A stretch of 64,000 nucleotides of DNA, taken from NCBI GenBank assembly GCA_947630335.1, contig CANRHE010000001.1, positions 620-64,619 of the forward strand, given 5' to 3'. The stretch comes from an uncultured Sphingobacterium sp. (GTDB taxonomy: Bacteria > Bacteroidota > Bacteroidia > Sphingobacteriales > Sphingobacteriaceae). A program made the position numbers and the translations under genes. Positions 29,253 through 39,981 of the stretch are shown here, piece by piece (the first letter of the stretch is position 1; each line of letters starts with the position of its first letter). Under the pieces are notes generated by a model. It was given only the letters and a program-made list of their open reading frames with translations. It was not told where the DNA came from and searched no databases.

Positions 29253-30602
29253 TTATTCGATAACAAGCTTACGTATTCTGGCATTACTCCAATCAGCAAT
29301 ATAGATATGCCCCAATTCATTCACTGCAACACCCCAAGGTTGATTAAAAAGTGATTCCGCAGGACCCCCATCTTTAAAGCCTGCCGTGCCAGGTTGGCCA
29401 GCAACAGTCGTTACTACCCCATCTGGAGATACCATTCGAATACAATGATTACCATAATCTGCCACAAACATATTTCCATCATTATCGAACTTAATATCTT
29501 TTGGAAGGTTAAATAATGCATCACGAATAGGACCATCTTTAAAAGCCGACCCTCCAGGCGCATTCAACCTTTTGAATCCACCTGTCCCATTAGGATCTCG
29601 TAAATCTAGAACCATAATACCCTGTCTAAATTCAATAGGAGTAGCATTAGAATGTAAGGTGATATAAAGCTCCCAAGGTTTAGCTGGATTTATAGCTTGA
29701 CCATACTGTGAGCCATAAGGTCCTTGATGTACTATGGTCGCTTCGAGGGTTAGCGGATTTATACGCGCAACTTTTCCATCTCGAAAACGAGTATATAAAT
29801 TACCATCCCAAGGCGAAAAAGTTATGAAGTTCTTATAACGATCATTAACGACTATAGATGCATAATCTGAAGGAGAATATTTTGCATTTCGTTGACGGGG
29901 ATACCAAGCTTCTTTAGGATCAAACGTAAACATCACCTCCTGTACAGACTCGTGAGCAGCAGTCAGCACACCGGTCGATCTATCAACCGTTAACCCATTT
30001 GCAAACAAAACTCTACCTGTTGCTTCGGATTGTATCAAAGGGGTAACAATGTTCTCAGCTTCATTAATTCTAGCAACTCCAAAGGTTGCAGCAGACTTAC
30101 CTGCTGTATTTCCATCTCGCCATGACATAAAAATATTACCTTCACGATCCAACTCTAAATACTTTCCATATACCGTTGCCTCCGACAATGTACCTGGAGT
30201 AAAAGACTTTATACCATTCCCCGTCACAGTACTTACTAAAGCTTGTGTATGGTATGTATAGTTAGTATCATAAACAACAGAATCATTTCCAACAACAACC
30301 GAAATTTTTGGATTTGCTCCAGGCATTCTGGGTACAATAGCATAAATACGATTTCCACTCGAAGAAACAACAGTCGCTCGAGCGTTATTAAAGTAAACTT
30401 TAATTTTTTGAGGGTCAGTCCCAAAATTTTCACCATTTAACAATATCTTGTCACGAGCACCACCTTCTGAAGGCTGAAACGTTGTCAATACAAGCTCTTT
30501 AGTAGGATCATATTCTTTCTTCCCTATTAAAGAATCTTTACCACAACTAGAGAAACAAAATAATGCTAAGAATAAATGTGCTAACGAAAAGTAGCGATTC
30601 AT
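29253..30602 (-). CDS. IPT/TIG plus NHL-repeat lipoprotein
   Basis: Lipobox FSSC; GENFGTD IPT domain; NHL repeats FNLPKDI..D...VADYGNHCIR and FNQPWGVAV. Confidence 0.88.
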   Translation of the reverse strand: MNRYFSLAHLFLALFCFSSCGKDSLIGKKEYDPTKELVLTTFQPSEGGARDKILLNGENFGTDPQKIKVYFNNARATVVSSSGNRIYAIVPRMPGANPKISVVVGNDSVVYDTNYTYHTQALVSTVTGNGIKSFTPGTLSEATVYGKYLELDREGNIFMSWRDGNTAGKSAATFGVARINEAENIVTPLIQSEATGRVLFANGLTVDRSTGVLTAAHESVQEVMFTFDPKEAWYPRQRNAKYSPSDYASIVVNDRYKNFITFSPWDGNLYTRFRDGKVARINPLTLEATIVHQGPYGSQYGQAINPAKPWELYITLHSNATPIEFRQGIMVLDLRDPNGTGGFKRLNAPGGSAFKDGPIRDALFNLPKDIKFDNDGNMFVADYGNHCIRMVSPDGVVTTVAGQPGTAGFKDGGPAESLFNQPWGVAVNELGHIYIADWSNARIRKLVIE

Positions 30603-30804
30603 CTTGTAGTTTAATTAAGTTAATAAATCAATTTGTTGTTGCAATATTAGCCAACGCTTATTGCCCTATCATTAACAATACATTACACTATTGTAAATGA
30701 CCAAACAAACAATTCCTAAAAAAGAAAAGCCCTGACATCAAACACGCCAAAGCTTTGCTTTTCTAGGAATTAACCTAATTATTACCCTATAAGAGAAGAA
30801 TCAC

Positions 30805-31458
30805 TTATTTCTTAAACGTCCATTGCACGTAATTAATACTTTTATCAACCGCAAGGTACTTTCTCTCATAATAAGTTTTGATAGAAAGCACCTCATCTAC
30901 CAAATCAGAATTATACAAATCTTTTGTCTCTTTAAATTTAGTTAAGTTTAAAAGATCAATCTGCTCAACAGTATAATCAAAGAAAAAATCACTATCCGTC
31001 TTCAGATGCATGATACCATCTTCTTTTAAAATCGTTTTATATCTTTCTAAAAAAGTAGGGTTCGTAAGTCGTTTCTTCTCTCTAGAATCTTGAGGTTGAG
31101 GATCAGGAAATGTTATCCAAATTTCTGAAATCTCATCCTCTGCAAAATGCTCTAAAATCGTTTCAATCTGAATACGTAAAAATCCAACATTATCAATCCC
31201 TTCTTCCAAAGCAGTTTTAGCACCGCGCCATATTCGATTGCCCTTATAATCAATACCTATAAAATTTCGTTCAGGAAACATTTTGGCGAGATTAACAGTA
31301 TATTCACCCTTACCACAAGCTAATTCTAAAACAAGAGGTTTGTCATTCCCAAAAAACTTTGAAGACCACTGCCCTTTATATTCTTTACCCGCATCCAATT
31401 GTACCACATTTTTGAATGTAGCAACTTCTGCAAATTTGCGTAACTTATCCTTACCCAT
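30805..31458 (-). CDS. trmB: tRNA (guanine-N7)-methyltransferase
   Basis: LELACGKGEY, ITFPDPQ, HLKTD, TYYE. Confidence 0.95.
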   Translation of the reverse strand: MGKDKLRKFAEVATFKNVVQLDAGKEYKGQWSSKFFGNDKPLVLELACGKGEYTVNLAKMFPERNFIGIDYKGNRIWRGAKTALEEGIDNVGFLRIQIETILEHFAEDEISEIWITFPDPQPQDSREKKRLTNPTFLERYKTILKEDGIMHLKTDSDFFFDYTVEQIDLLNLTKFKETKDLYNSDLVDEVLSIKTYYERKYLAVDKSINYVQWTFKK

Positions 31459-31621
31459 AATCAAATATTAAGGTGCAAAAATAATCTTATATTAGCAGTA
31501 ATTCAATATTTTATAATAAAAAGGAAAACATATAATCATCTTGATGAGAGTAAACATTATTAAAAACAAAAAATCCCTTCAATAAAAGGGATATGCAGTA
31601 CAAAATTAAAAAGTCGAAAAT

Positions 31622-32116
31622 TTATATTCCTAAAATATGATCTTCAGGAGCATCTTCAAAAACATCCAATTCTGTAATTATTGGTTTTTTATACTTTTTC
31701 TTTTTGGGGCGGATAAATTTAGCAAACTTATTCAATGCACCAGATACAGTATCCTTAGTAACCTGTCCGGCAGCTGTTTCTGATACTAGAAGTAACAATG
31801 CTTTTTTCAACCAACCGGAGTTTCTTAAAACAGTACGGTTCAACAATAAAGGGACTCCAATGCGCGCAATTCGAGTAAACAAATCGCCAGAAGATATATC
31901 AGGGTTTTTAGAGAAAGCATTTTTTACTAAATCCGTCGCAAAACCAACGCCAGGAATAGAAGAAGTTATCGAATTAAAAATACGAACAGGAGCTTCAATC
32001 TTGTTCTTTAACAAGAAAAACTGATTCTCAAGAAACTTTTCCTGCTCATGCTTTTGTAGCGAAAGACGAATTATTTCTCCTTGTAAATCTTCCAAACTTT
32101 TAATTTTTGCTTTCAT
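31622..32116 (-). CDS. Hypothetical protein, third gene of the ytxH cluster
   Basis: ORF with N-terminal coiled coil (IKSLEDLQGEIIRL) and amphipathic helices. Confidence 0.75.
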   Translation of the reverse strand: MKAKIKSLEDLQGEIIRLSLQKHEQEKFLENQFFLLKNKIEAPVRIFNSITSSIPGVGFATDLVKNAFSKNPDISSGDLFTRIARIGVPLLLNRTVLRNSGWLKKALLLLVSETAAGQVTKDTVSGALNKFAKFIRPKKKKYKKPIITELDVFEDAPEDHILGI

Positions 32117-32139
32117 CTTGATTTATTTTCTATACCTAA

Positions 32140-32550
32140 TTACTTTGCGGCTGTTTCATTATTAGACGAATCATGTGATGCATTCTCCTTTGAATCTACA
32201 TCATCATTCCACTTCGTGAATACGCGATTAATTATTAATCCCATAAACTTCTTTTCTAACGGACCGCTTCTAACATTAACTAAAAGAAGAATAATAAAAA
32301 AAATAATCCCAGTCGTCAGAAATCCTAATGCATTACTCCCCATTAACTCTCCTAGCCAAAAACCTAAGGATAGAGAAACAAAGAATATGATTAATAATAC
32401 CAATATAAGTTTAGTACTATCCAATATTATTGTAGCACCAATCCTCGAAGCTTTAGCAATTGATTTCAACTTAAGTAGTTCAAGTTGCGTATCCACATAT
32501 TCCTTCGCCTTATTAAAGCTGTCCGAAAAAGAAAACTTTTGTTCTTCCAT
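32140..32550 (-). CDS. Two-TM membrane protein, YqjE/'phage holin 3_6'-like
   Basis: KEYVDTQLELLKL followed by two TM helices. Confidence 0.7.
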   Translation of the reverse strand: MEEQKFSFSDSFNKAKEYVDTQLELLKLKSIAKASRIGATIILDSTKLILVLLIIFFVSLSLGFWLGELMGSNALGFLTTGIIFFIILLLVNVRSGPLEKKFMGLIINRVFTKWNDDVDSKENASHDSSNNETAAK

Positions 32551-32627
32551 TTAATATAGTTTTTTTGCGTAGCAGCTCTTCATCAAAACCACTACGCAAT
32601 TATGTATATTGATTATAGCATTTAAAG

Positions 32628-32897
32628 TTATGCGTGCTCTTCAATTTCATCATCAATAATGATCTCTGCTGCAGTAACTTTATTCTTTACAGCAGCCAAA
32701 ACCTTTTCTTTAAAATCATTCAGTTGATCAAACTGCTCTTCCGCACGCTCCTTAAGGGCATCGCCCAAGTCAGCTAATGAGTCATTGATTTTCTCTCTGG
32801 TTTCTGAACCTTTCTCTGGTGCAAACAATACACCCAAAACTGCTCCTGCCGCCAATCCAGCTAGCAATGCAGTAACTATTTTTCCACTATCCTTCAT
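32628..32897 (-). CDS. YtxH domain protein
   Basis: GLAAGAVLGVLFAPEKGSETR. Confidence 0.92.
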   Translation of the reverse strand: MKDSGKIVTALLAGLAAGAVLGVLFAPEKGSETREKINDSLADLGDALKERAEEQFDQLNDFKEKVLAAVKNKVTAAEIIIDDEIEEHA

Positions 32898-33103
32898 GCT
32901 ATTTGATATTTTTTAAAGATTATAACCTATATATTAAACACATAATACGTCAAATCGTTTAAACTAATTCCACTTATTTTTTTAAACAATAATAATATAG
33001 CTATTTTTTTATTATATATCAGCAAATTTAAAACCAATTAAGCACATATTCTATAGCTTTAAAGCTAATATTTGTTATATTTATGTAACCTTTAAACTAA
33101 ATT

Positions 33104-34642
33104 ATGCTAATCAAAACCTTTGGTAGTGCTGTCTATGGAATAGAAGCAACAACAATTACAGTAGAAGTTAATATTACTACAGGCACCAAGTATTATATAG
33201 TAGGTCTTCCCGATAATGCTGTAAAAGAAAGCTTACAACGAATTGAAAGTGCAATAATGTCTTGTGGTTATCGAATGCCGAGACAAAAAATAGTGATAAA
33301 CTTAGCTCCTGCAGACATAAGGAAAGAAGGATCATCGTACGACCTAAGCATGGCGATAGGAATATTAGCCGCTTCTTCACAACTAATTAGTGAATCATTA
33401 CACAATTACCTAATACTGGGAGAATTATCTCTTGACGGCACCATACAACCCATTAAAGGAGCATTACCCATTGCAATACAAGCTCGTAAAGATGGATTTA
33501 AAGGTATAATATTACCACTAGCAAATGCGAGAGAAGCTGCCATAGTATCTGACATTGATATTTATGCGGTCAATAACTTAATCGAAGTCATAGAATATCT
33601 AGAAGGCAAAAAAGACATATCCCCTACTGTAGTTAATATTCAACAAGAATTCATTAATAAGATTAACAATTATCAGGTTGACTTCTCAGACGTCAAAGGA
33701 CAAGAAAATATCAAAAGAGCACTAGAAATAGCTGCTGCTGGCGGCCATAATGTAATTTTAATTGGACCACCTGGCGCAGGAAAGACTATGTTAGCCAAAC
33801 GACTACCAACTATTCTACCCCCTCTTACAATTGAAGAATCTTTAGAAACGACAAAAATACACTCTGTTTCTGGACAACTAGCAGCAGCAGAATCACTCAT
33901 GCACACCCGTCCTTTTCGCGCACCTCACCACACTATTTCAGATGTCGCATTGGTAGGCGGCGGCACTCATCCACAGCCAGGAGAAATATCGCTAGCACAC
34001 AATGGTGTTCTTTTTTTGGACGAATTACCTGAATTCAAGCGAACAGTATTAGAAGTGATGAGGCAACCGTTAGAGTCCCGTTACATTACAATATCGCGAT
34101 CTAAATTCACGGTAGATTACCCAGCGAGTTTCATGCTCATAGCCGCTATGAACCCATGCCCATGTGGTTATTATAACCATCCTGAAAAAGAATGTATATG
34201 CGGGTCTCTAGTTGTACAACGCTATCTAAGCAAAATATCTGGACCTCTTCTAGATCGAATTGATTTGCATGTAGAAGTCACACCAGTAGAGTTTTCAGAA
34301 CTCACTAGTATACGAACAGCTGAAACAAGTCAGGATATACGAAATCGCGTAATACGCGCAAGAGAAAGGCAAGCCTTACGCTTTTCATCCAGTAGCCAAG
34401 TCTACAGTAATGCCCAAATGGGTTCAAAAGCTGTACGTGAAATTTGCAAAATTAATGAACAAGGACAAATACTACTAAAAAATGCAATGGAACGTCTAAA
34501 TCTATCTGCAAGGGCCTATGATCGTATATTAAAAGTAGCGAGAACTATAGCCGACATGGAAGAATCTGACGATATACTCACCCAACACTTAGCCGAGGCT
34601 ATTCAATTCAGAAGTCTTGATAGAGAGAATTGGGCAGGTTAA
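33104..34642 (+). CDS. comM: ComM/YifB Mg-chelatase-like AAA+ ATPase
   Basis: [45 protein letters not shown]. Confidence 0.93.
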   Translation: MLIKTFGSAVYGIEATTITVEVNITTGTKYYIVGLPDNAVKESLQRIESAIMSCGYRMPRQKIVINLAPADIRKEGSSYDLSMAIGILAASSQLISESLHNYLILGELSLDGTIQPIKGALPIAIQARKDGFKGIILPLANAREAAIVSDIDIYAVNNLIEVIEYLEGKKDISPTVVNIQQEFINKINNYQVDFSDVKGQENIKRALEIAAAGGHNVILIGPPGAGKTMLAKRLPTILPPLTIEESLETTKIHSVSGQLAAAESLMHTRPFRAPHHTISDVALVGGGTHPQPGEISLAHNGVLFLDELPEFKRTVLEVMRQPLESRYITISRSKFTVDYPASFMLIAAMNPCPCGYYNHPEKECICGSLVVQRYLSKISGPLLDRIDLHVEVTPVEFSELTSIRTAETSQDIRNRVIRARERQALRFSSSSQVYSNAQMGSKAVREICKINEQGQILLKNAMERLNLSARAYDRILKVARTIADMEESDDILTQHLAEAIQFRSLDRENWAG

Positions 34643-35265
34643 AACTGATCAAAGAAATGCTTAAAAATCCATGGATATAATAAAAGTGTTAGAAGTATCC
34701 CTGTCAATGCCCCAAATAAATGTGCATCATGATTTATATGATCATTTGCTTTCTTCGATGCCCAAGCACAATAGGCAATATAAAGACCCGCAAAAACATA
34801 AGCAGGCATAGGTATAGCAAAGAAAATACGCAGTTCTACCTTAGGGTAAAATAAAATAAAACTAAATAGAACAGCGGAGATAGCGCCTGAGGCACCTAAA
34901 CTATAATAGCCAGAATTATTCTTGTGACGTATTATGGTGGGTATATCGCTCAGTACTAGACTTATAATATAAAGTAAAGCAAAATACAAATGTCCCCAAA
35001 CTCCACTCAACTGCACAAACACAGCCTCTAATGCAAAACCAAAAAAATAAAAGGTCAGCATATTAAAGATAAGATGCATCCAATCTGCATGGACCATCCC
35101 ACTTGTAAATACAGTATACCAATTAGATTTGTCTTGATAAATACTGTAAGGATGCAAGACCATTTCCCCAAGAATTTGGGGGTTAGAAAAGGCATAGATA
35201 CTTGTAGCTATTGTAAAAGCAAATATCAAACTAGCAACAGGTGTTTGCAATAAATATTCTTCCAT
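34639..35265 (-). CDS. Rhomboid intramembrane serine protease
   Basis: [20 protein letters not shown]. Confidence 0.93.
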   Translation of the reverse strand: MEEYLLQTPVASLIFAFTIATSIYAFSNPQILGEMVLHPYSIYQDKSNWYTVFTSGMVHADWMHLIFNMLTFYFFGFALEAVFVQLSGVWGHLYFALLYIISLVLSDIPTIIRHKNNSGYYSLGASGAISAVLFSFILFYPKVELRIFFAIPMPAYVFAGLYIAYCAWASKKANDHINHDAHLFGALTGILLTLLLYPWIFKHFFDQF

Positions 35266-35267
35266 TT

Positions 35268-35915
35268 TTAGAATCTATCTTCAATCAAAAAAACGTACAA
35301 TTCCTTAGGTCCATGCGCACCTAGAACGAGGCGCTTCTCTATATCAGCCGTACGACTTGGGCCTGTCACCACACTGACCATCGAAGGCATATCGTTACCA
35401 TAACGCTTTTTCATCAAACTCATACCATATTTAATATCCATGACCAATTGAGAAGCCTTAGCCAATACAATATGCACTGGAGGATACACGCTCAATCTCC
35501 TGCCTGATGCAGTAGCATTAGACAATAGAATAGATCCATTACGAGCGATCAGAGCCTCACATGTTGTAATACCAACTTCCGCATCCTCAAAAGAATTAGT
35601 CCCTGTAAAACAAGGAAAACCATAATGTCCCAATAAGTCTTGTATATTCTTTTCCCAAGCATATACCTTTGTAAGCTTTAGGTCCTCTACTAATGCTATC
35701 AAATTCTCTATAATAGAGATCTCACTATCACAATAAATAAACTTTCCAGATACAGCAGTGAATTCCCTAGCAAAGGTTACGTCCAAAGACTCCTCTTCTT
35801 CTTGATAAAGTGGGGAATCCACAAAATCAGGCTGTGGGTTATCACGCTTCTCAAGCAAGGCTTGTCTTATATTTTTAAGCATTCTCTCCTTAGGAGTAAT
35901 ATTTCTGATATTCAT
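35268..35915 (-). CDS. LutC/YkgG (LUD domain) protein
   Basis: GPSRTADIE...GAHGP. Confidence 0.9.
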   Translation of the reverse strand: MNIRNITPKERMLKNIRQALLEKRDNPQPDFVDSPLYQEEEESLDVTFAREFTAVSGKFIYCDSEISIIENLIALVEDLKLTKVYAWEKNIQDLLGHYGFPCFTGTNSFEDAEVGITTCEALIARNGSILLSNATASGRRLSVYPPVHIVLAKASQLVMDIKYGMSLMKKRYGNDMPSMVSVVTGPSRTADIEKRLVLGAHGPKELYVFLIEDRF

Positions 35916-35959
35916 AGAATAAAAATAGGTGTACTAAGTATAGTACACCTCATTATTTT

Positions 35960-38035
35960 TTAATTAGAAGACTCTTTTACCGAAGAAGGTGGTGTGACAT
36001 CTTCGGCATCTTCAGTATCGACAGTCGAAGGTAAGTCAATATCCGTCTGCGGAACACCGCCTCCGTCTACTCCACCATTTACAAACTCATCATATGTCGT
36101 CCTATTAGCAAAAGGACGTTTACCTAAAATATCTTCTAGATCAGATTGAAATAGTATTTCTTTCTCTAATAGTTTTTCTGCAATAGCAATCAAGCCATCT
36201 TGTTTCTCTAACAGCAAAGCTTTAGTTCTTTCATACACCTCTGCAATTAATAAACGAACCTCTGCGTCAATTAATTCTGCTGTCTGATCAGAATATGGTT
36301 TATGAAACTGCGATTCACCAGAACTATCATTAAAAGATACATTTCCTACTCTAGGATTCATTCCATATACTGCAGTCATCGCGTAAGCTAGTTTTGTAAT
36401 TCGCTCAAGGTCATTCTGCGCACCAGTACTGATTCTTCCAAAAGTAATATCCTCTGCTACACGTCCTCCCATAGTCATACTCATACTATCCATCAATTGC
36501 TCTGTAGTATACAAAAACTGCTCTTTAGGTAAATATTGAGCATATCCTAAAGCTGCGGCACCACGAGGTACGATAGAGACCTTCACAAGCGGATCAGCAT
36601 GCTCCAAGAACCAACCTGCAATAGCATGTCCTGCTTCATGGTAGGCAACAATTTTCTTTTCCTCTGGTGATATAATCTTATTACGCTTCTCAAGACCACC
36701 AATCACTCTATCGATGGCATCTTGAAAATCTTGCATCTGAATAGCAACTTTCCCTTTTCTTGCTGCAATCAAAGCCGCTTCATTACATACGTTAGCAATC
36801 TCAGCTCCAGCAAATCCAGGTGTCTGAGCTGATAATTTTTTCGCATCTACTTCTTCAGCTAATTTCAATGGTTGTAAGTGTACATTGAAAATCTGCTCAC
36901 GCCCATTTAAATCTGGTTTATCAATAGAAATCTGTCTATCAAAACGGCCTGGTCTTAAAAGAGCGGTATCCAATACATCCAATCTATTTGTAGCAGCCAA
37001 GATGATTACACCTAAATTTGTACCAAAACCATCCATCTCAACCAACAACTGGTTCAACGTATTCTCACGCTCATCATTACCACCCATTACTGAGTTTTTT
37101 CCACGAGCTCGACCAATAGCATCAATTTCATCGATAAAGATGATACATGGAGATTTCTCTTTCGCCTGCTTGAACAAATCACGAACCCTAGACGCTCCTA
37201 CCCCAACAAACATTTCAACAAAGTCAGATCCTGACAAAGAGAAAAAAGGCACTTGAGCTTCACCTGCTACAGCTTTGGCCAATAAAGTCTTACCTGTACC
37301 TGGAGGGCCTACAAGAAGAGCTCCTTTTGGAATCTTACCCCCTAAGTCAGTATATTTCTTAGGGTTCTTCAGGAAATCAACAATTTCCATTACTTCAGTT
37401 TTGGCCTCTTCTAGTCCTGCTACATCATTGAAGGTGATATTAATCTGTGATTCTTTATCAAATAATTGAGCTTTTGACTTACCAATATTAAAAATCTGAC
37501 CGCCACCAGCACCGCCGCCACTCATTCGGCGCATCAAGAAGATCCAAAGACCAGCTAGAATAACTATTGGCAATATAAAAGTCATAAAGAAACCACCCCA
37601 AGGGTTATTTCTACTTTCATAGGTGACAGCTACAGGAGAAACCCCTTCCGGTAAGTTCGCTTCTGATGCAGCAAGTTTTTTCTCAAAAATTTCATCCGAG
37701 CCCATCGTAAAAACATACTGAGGACCGCGATTTGTCGCACCAAAAATTGATTTTTCATTAGCAACTAAATCTTTATATTTTTCATCCTTAAGTTTTTCAG
37801 GTTTAATGAAAACCTCAACTTCCAACAAGTCATTACTTTTAAATGCAACAAGCTTCTCCACCTCTCCGGTCATCAGCATGTTCTTCTCAAAATTCTCGTA
37901 AGTTGTTTGTTTTGCACCACCACTAGAATACATGTAGTTTAAAACTAAAAACCCTAATATGACTGCGATATAAATCCACATCATATTAAACTTCGGCGGC
38001 ATAGGACTAACCTTTTTATTCGGGATTTTCTTCAT
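35960..38035 (-). CDS. ftsH: ATP-dependent zinc metalloprotease FtsH
   Basis: Two TM; GPPGTGKT; IDEID; RPGRFD; HEAGH. Confidence 0.98.
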   Translation of the reverse strand: MKKIPNKKVSPMPPKFNMMWIYIAVILGFLVLNYMYSSGGAKQTTYENFEKNMLMTGEVEKLVAFKSNDLLEVEVFIKPEKLKDEKYKDLVANEKSIFGATNRGPQYVFTMGSDEIFEKKLAASEANLPEGVSPVAVTYESRNNPWGGFFMTFILPIVILAGLWIFLMRRMSGGGAGGGQIFNIGKSKAQLFDKESQINITFNDVAGLEEAKTEVMEIVDFLKNPKKYTDLGGKIPKGALLVGPPGTGKTLLAKAVAGEAQVPFFSLSGSDFVEMFVGVGASRVRDLFKQAKEKSPCIIFIDEIDAIGRARGKNSVMGGNDERENTLNQLLVEMDGFGTNLGVIILAATNRLDVLDTALLRPGRFDRQISIDKPDLNGREQIFNVHLQPLKLAEEVDAKKLSAQTPGFAGAEIANVCNEAALIAARKGKVAIQMQDFQDAIDRVIGGLEKRNKIISPEEKKIVAYHEAGHAIAGWFLEHADPLVKVSIVPRGAAALGYAQYLPKEQFLYTTEQLMDSMSMTMGGRVAEDITFGRISTGAQNDLERITKLAYAMTAVYGMNPRVGNVSFNDSSGESQFHKPYSDQTAELIDAEVRLLIAEVYERTKALLLEKQDGLIAIAEKLLEKEILFQSDLEDILGKRPFANRTTYDEFVNGGVDGGGVPQTDIDLPSTVDTEDAEDVTPPSSVKESSN

Positions 38036-38063
38036 TATTAATTTTGTAACTCTTTAAAATAAA

Positions 38064-38438
38064 CTAAGCGCTTTGATAAGATTCTTGTTTAGCATCCCCC
38101 CAAAGATCTTCAATACGATAGTGGCTTCTTTTCTCACCTTTAAAAATATGAACTACGACGTCCACATAATCTAACAATATCCACTCGCCATTACCATGCC
38201 CTTCTTTATGCCAAACATCTTCACCAAATGCTTTGTAAACCTCCTCTTCGACACTTTTCGCTATGGCGTTTACTTGCACAGCACTATCAGCATGACAAAT
38301 AACAAAATAGTCTGACAACGTGGCATTTATATCACGCATATCAAGCTTGACGATATCACTTGCTTTTTTCTCTTGCATTCCCAACACTATAACCTCTGCT
38401 AGTCTGCGAGATAATTCTTCATTTTTCTTTTTACTCAT
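38064..38438 (-). CDS. rsfS: Ribosome silencing factor
   Basis: EKKASDI, DYFVIC, WILLDYVDVVVHIF, RIEDLWGDA. Confidence 0.95.
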   Translation of the reverse strand: MSKKKNEELSRRLAEVIVLGMQEKKASDIVKLDMRDINATLSDYFVICHADSAVQVNAIAKSVEEEVYKAFGEDVWHKEGHGNGEWILLDYVDVVVHIFKGEKRSHYRIEDLWGDAKQESYQSA

Positions 38439-38483
38439 TAAGAAATGTTATAGTTTTACTAAAACTTTTAAAACGTTATTCTT

Positions 38484-39257
38484 TTGCAAAATAATACATT
38501 TTTCGGATATTATGGTCCTTCTACAGTAATTGTTTTGGATAAAATATCATCTACAAATGATTATGCTAAAAAATTATTGTCAAATTTCAAGCCACAGAAC
38601 CCCTTCACTGCCATAATGGCAAAAATCCAAACAAATGGAAGAGGCCAAAGAGGAACCACTTGGAATACTACACCGTATAAAAATATGACTGCAAGTTATA
38701 TTTATTTACCGGAGGAGTTACCCGTACAGCAACAATTTCAAATTACTGTACTCTCAAGCTTAGCTATTCATGACGTACTAACAGAGTATATACCGCAACA
38801 CTTAAGTATCAAGTGGCCTAATGACATTATGGTCAACAACAAAAAAATTGCAGGAATACTTATTGAAAACAAAATCAACAATACAAATGTAACGAGCAGC
38901 ATCATCGGAGTAGGAATCAATGTATTCACCACAGAATTCCCCGCCGCTATAGCTCAATCTGCAACTTCAATACAAATAGAAAAACCTGAGTTTAATGGTA
39001 CCATAATTGATTTAGTGACACGGATTCAACACAAATTAGCGTACTATGATAAAATGCTTAAGGATGGTAATATCGCCACTCTTTGGAATCTTTATTCAGA
39101 ACGCCTCTTTAGAAAGAATATTCCGAGTAAATTTCTAATCGATAATAAAGAAATTGAGGGTACTATATTAGGCGTAAATCAAGAAGGATACCTTATTGTT
39201 AAAACTGAGGAATCAACAAACAAGTATGATCTTAAAGGGATTAAGTATCTTTTATAA
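38484..39257 (+). CDS. birA: Biotin--acetyl-CoA-carboxylase ligase (no HTH)
   Basis: SSTND, QTNGRGQRG, KWPND, KIAGILIE. Confidence 0.93.
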   Translation: MQNNTFFGYYGPSTVIVLDKISSTNDYAKKLLSNFKPQNPFTAIMAKIQTNGRGQRGTTWNTTPYKNMTASYIYLPEELPVQQQFQITVLSSLAIHDVLTEYIPQHLSIKWPNDIMVNNKKIAGILIENKINNTNVTSSIIGVGINVFTTEFPAAIAQSATSIQIEKPEFNGTIIDLVTRIQHKLAYYDKMLKDGNIATLWNLYSERLFRKNIPSKFLIDNKEIEGTILGVNQEGYLIVKTEESTNKYDLKGIKYLL

Positions 39258-39428
39258 CCACCGTATTGCTTCAAAAGAGATAAAACAGAGTCAAATTGAT
39301 AATAAATTACGACTGAGGTAATGACATAAATATGACTTGTATAATAACATAAAGAAACTGTATTTTTGCATTAAACTATTAGTATCTATTATAGTCCTAA
39401 TAGCAAGAGAACTATTGAAGAAATCATT

Positions 39429-39884
39429 ATGAAAAAATTTAGCTTATTTGTAGTTGCACTATTTATGACAGTTACTGCAGCGTTTGCTCAGATTCACAAT
39501 CCCGTAAAATGGACAGTAGCGTCAAAGAAATTAAACAGTAAAGAGGCCGTTGTTTTTGTAAAAGCAACTATTGAAAACGGATGGCACATTTATGCACAAA
39601 ATGTACCTGACGGAGGACCAGTGCCTACAACATTTACATTCAACCCTTCGAAAGACTTCACTTTAAATGGAGCTACTACTCCAACTACAAAAGCTAAGTC
39701 CAAATACGAAGATACATTTAAAATGAACGTTCCATATTTTAATCAGGAAGTTGTTTTTCAACAAAAGATTAAATTAAATAGCAACAAACCAACGACTGTA
39801 TCGGGTACTGTAGAATTCATGTCTTGTGATAAAACGCGATGTCTACCTCCAGACGAATACAACTTTACAGTAACAATAAAGTAA
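39429..39884 (+). CDS. Stand-alone DsbD N-terminal (nDsbD) domain protein
   Basis: Signal peptide; GWHIY; GGPVPT; SCDKTRCLPP. Confidence 0.88.
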   Translation: MKKFSLFVVALFMTVTAAFAQIHNPVKWTVASKKLNSKEAVVFVKATIENGWHIYAQNVPDGGPVPTTFTFNPSKDFTLNGATTPTTKAKSKYEDTFKMNVPYFNQEVVFQQKIKLNSNKPTTVSGTVEFMSCDKTRCLPPDEYNFTVTIK

Positions 39885-39904
39885 TATTTACTACACTAAA
39901 TAGG

Positions 39905-39935
39905 AAAAAGGCAGTATTGTTACTGCCTTTTTTTT
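39905..39935 (+). terminator. Hairpin with T tract between nDsbD and dsbD
   Basis: AAAAAGGCAGTA-TTGT-TACTGCCTTTTTTTT. Confidence 0.75.
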
Positions 39936-39981
39936 ATTTTTATAACATTCACAATTGAATTTCAATATTTAATAATTGAGT

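Noticed and set aside
29237-29320. Longer SusC N-terminus in the ORF track
   Set aside because: Overlaps the upstream gene; the signal peptide starts at MKTIYF (29236)
32140-32550. Holin as evidence for a prophage
   Set aside because: No phage genes nearby; housekeeping and ytxH context
33104-34642. comM as a disrupted integration site or as the cause of the islet
   Set aside because: Gene is intact; proximity to the islet is not evidence of a link
35268-35915. Lactate utilisation operon
   Set aside because: Only a LutC-like gene is present; no lutA or lutB in the window
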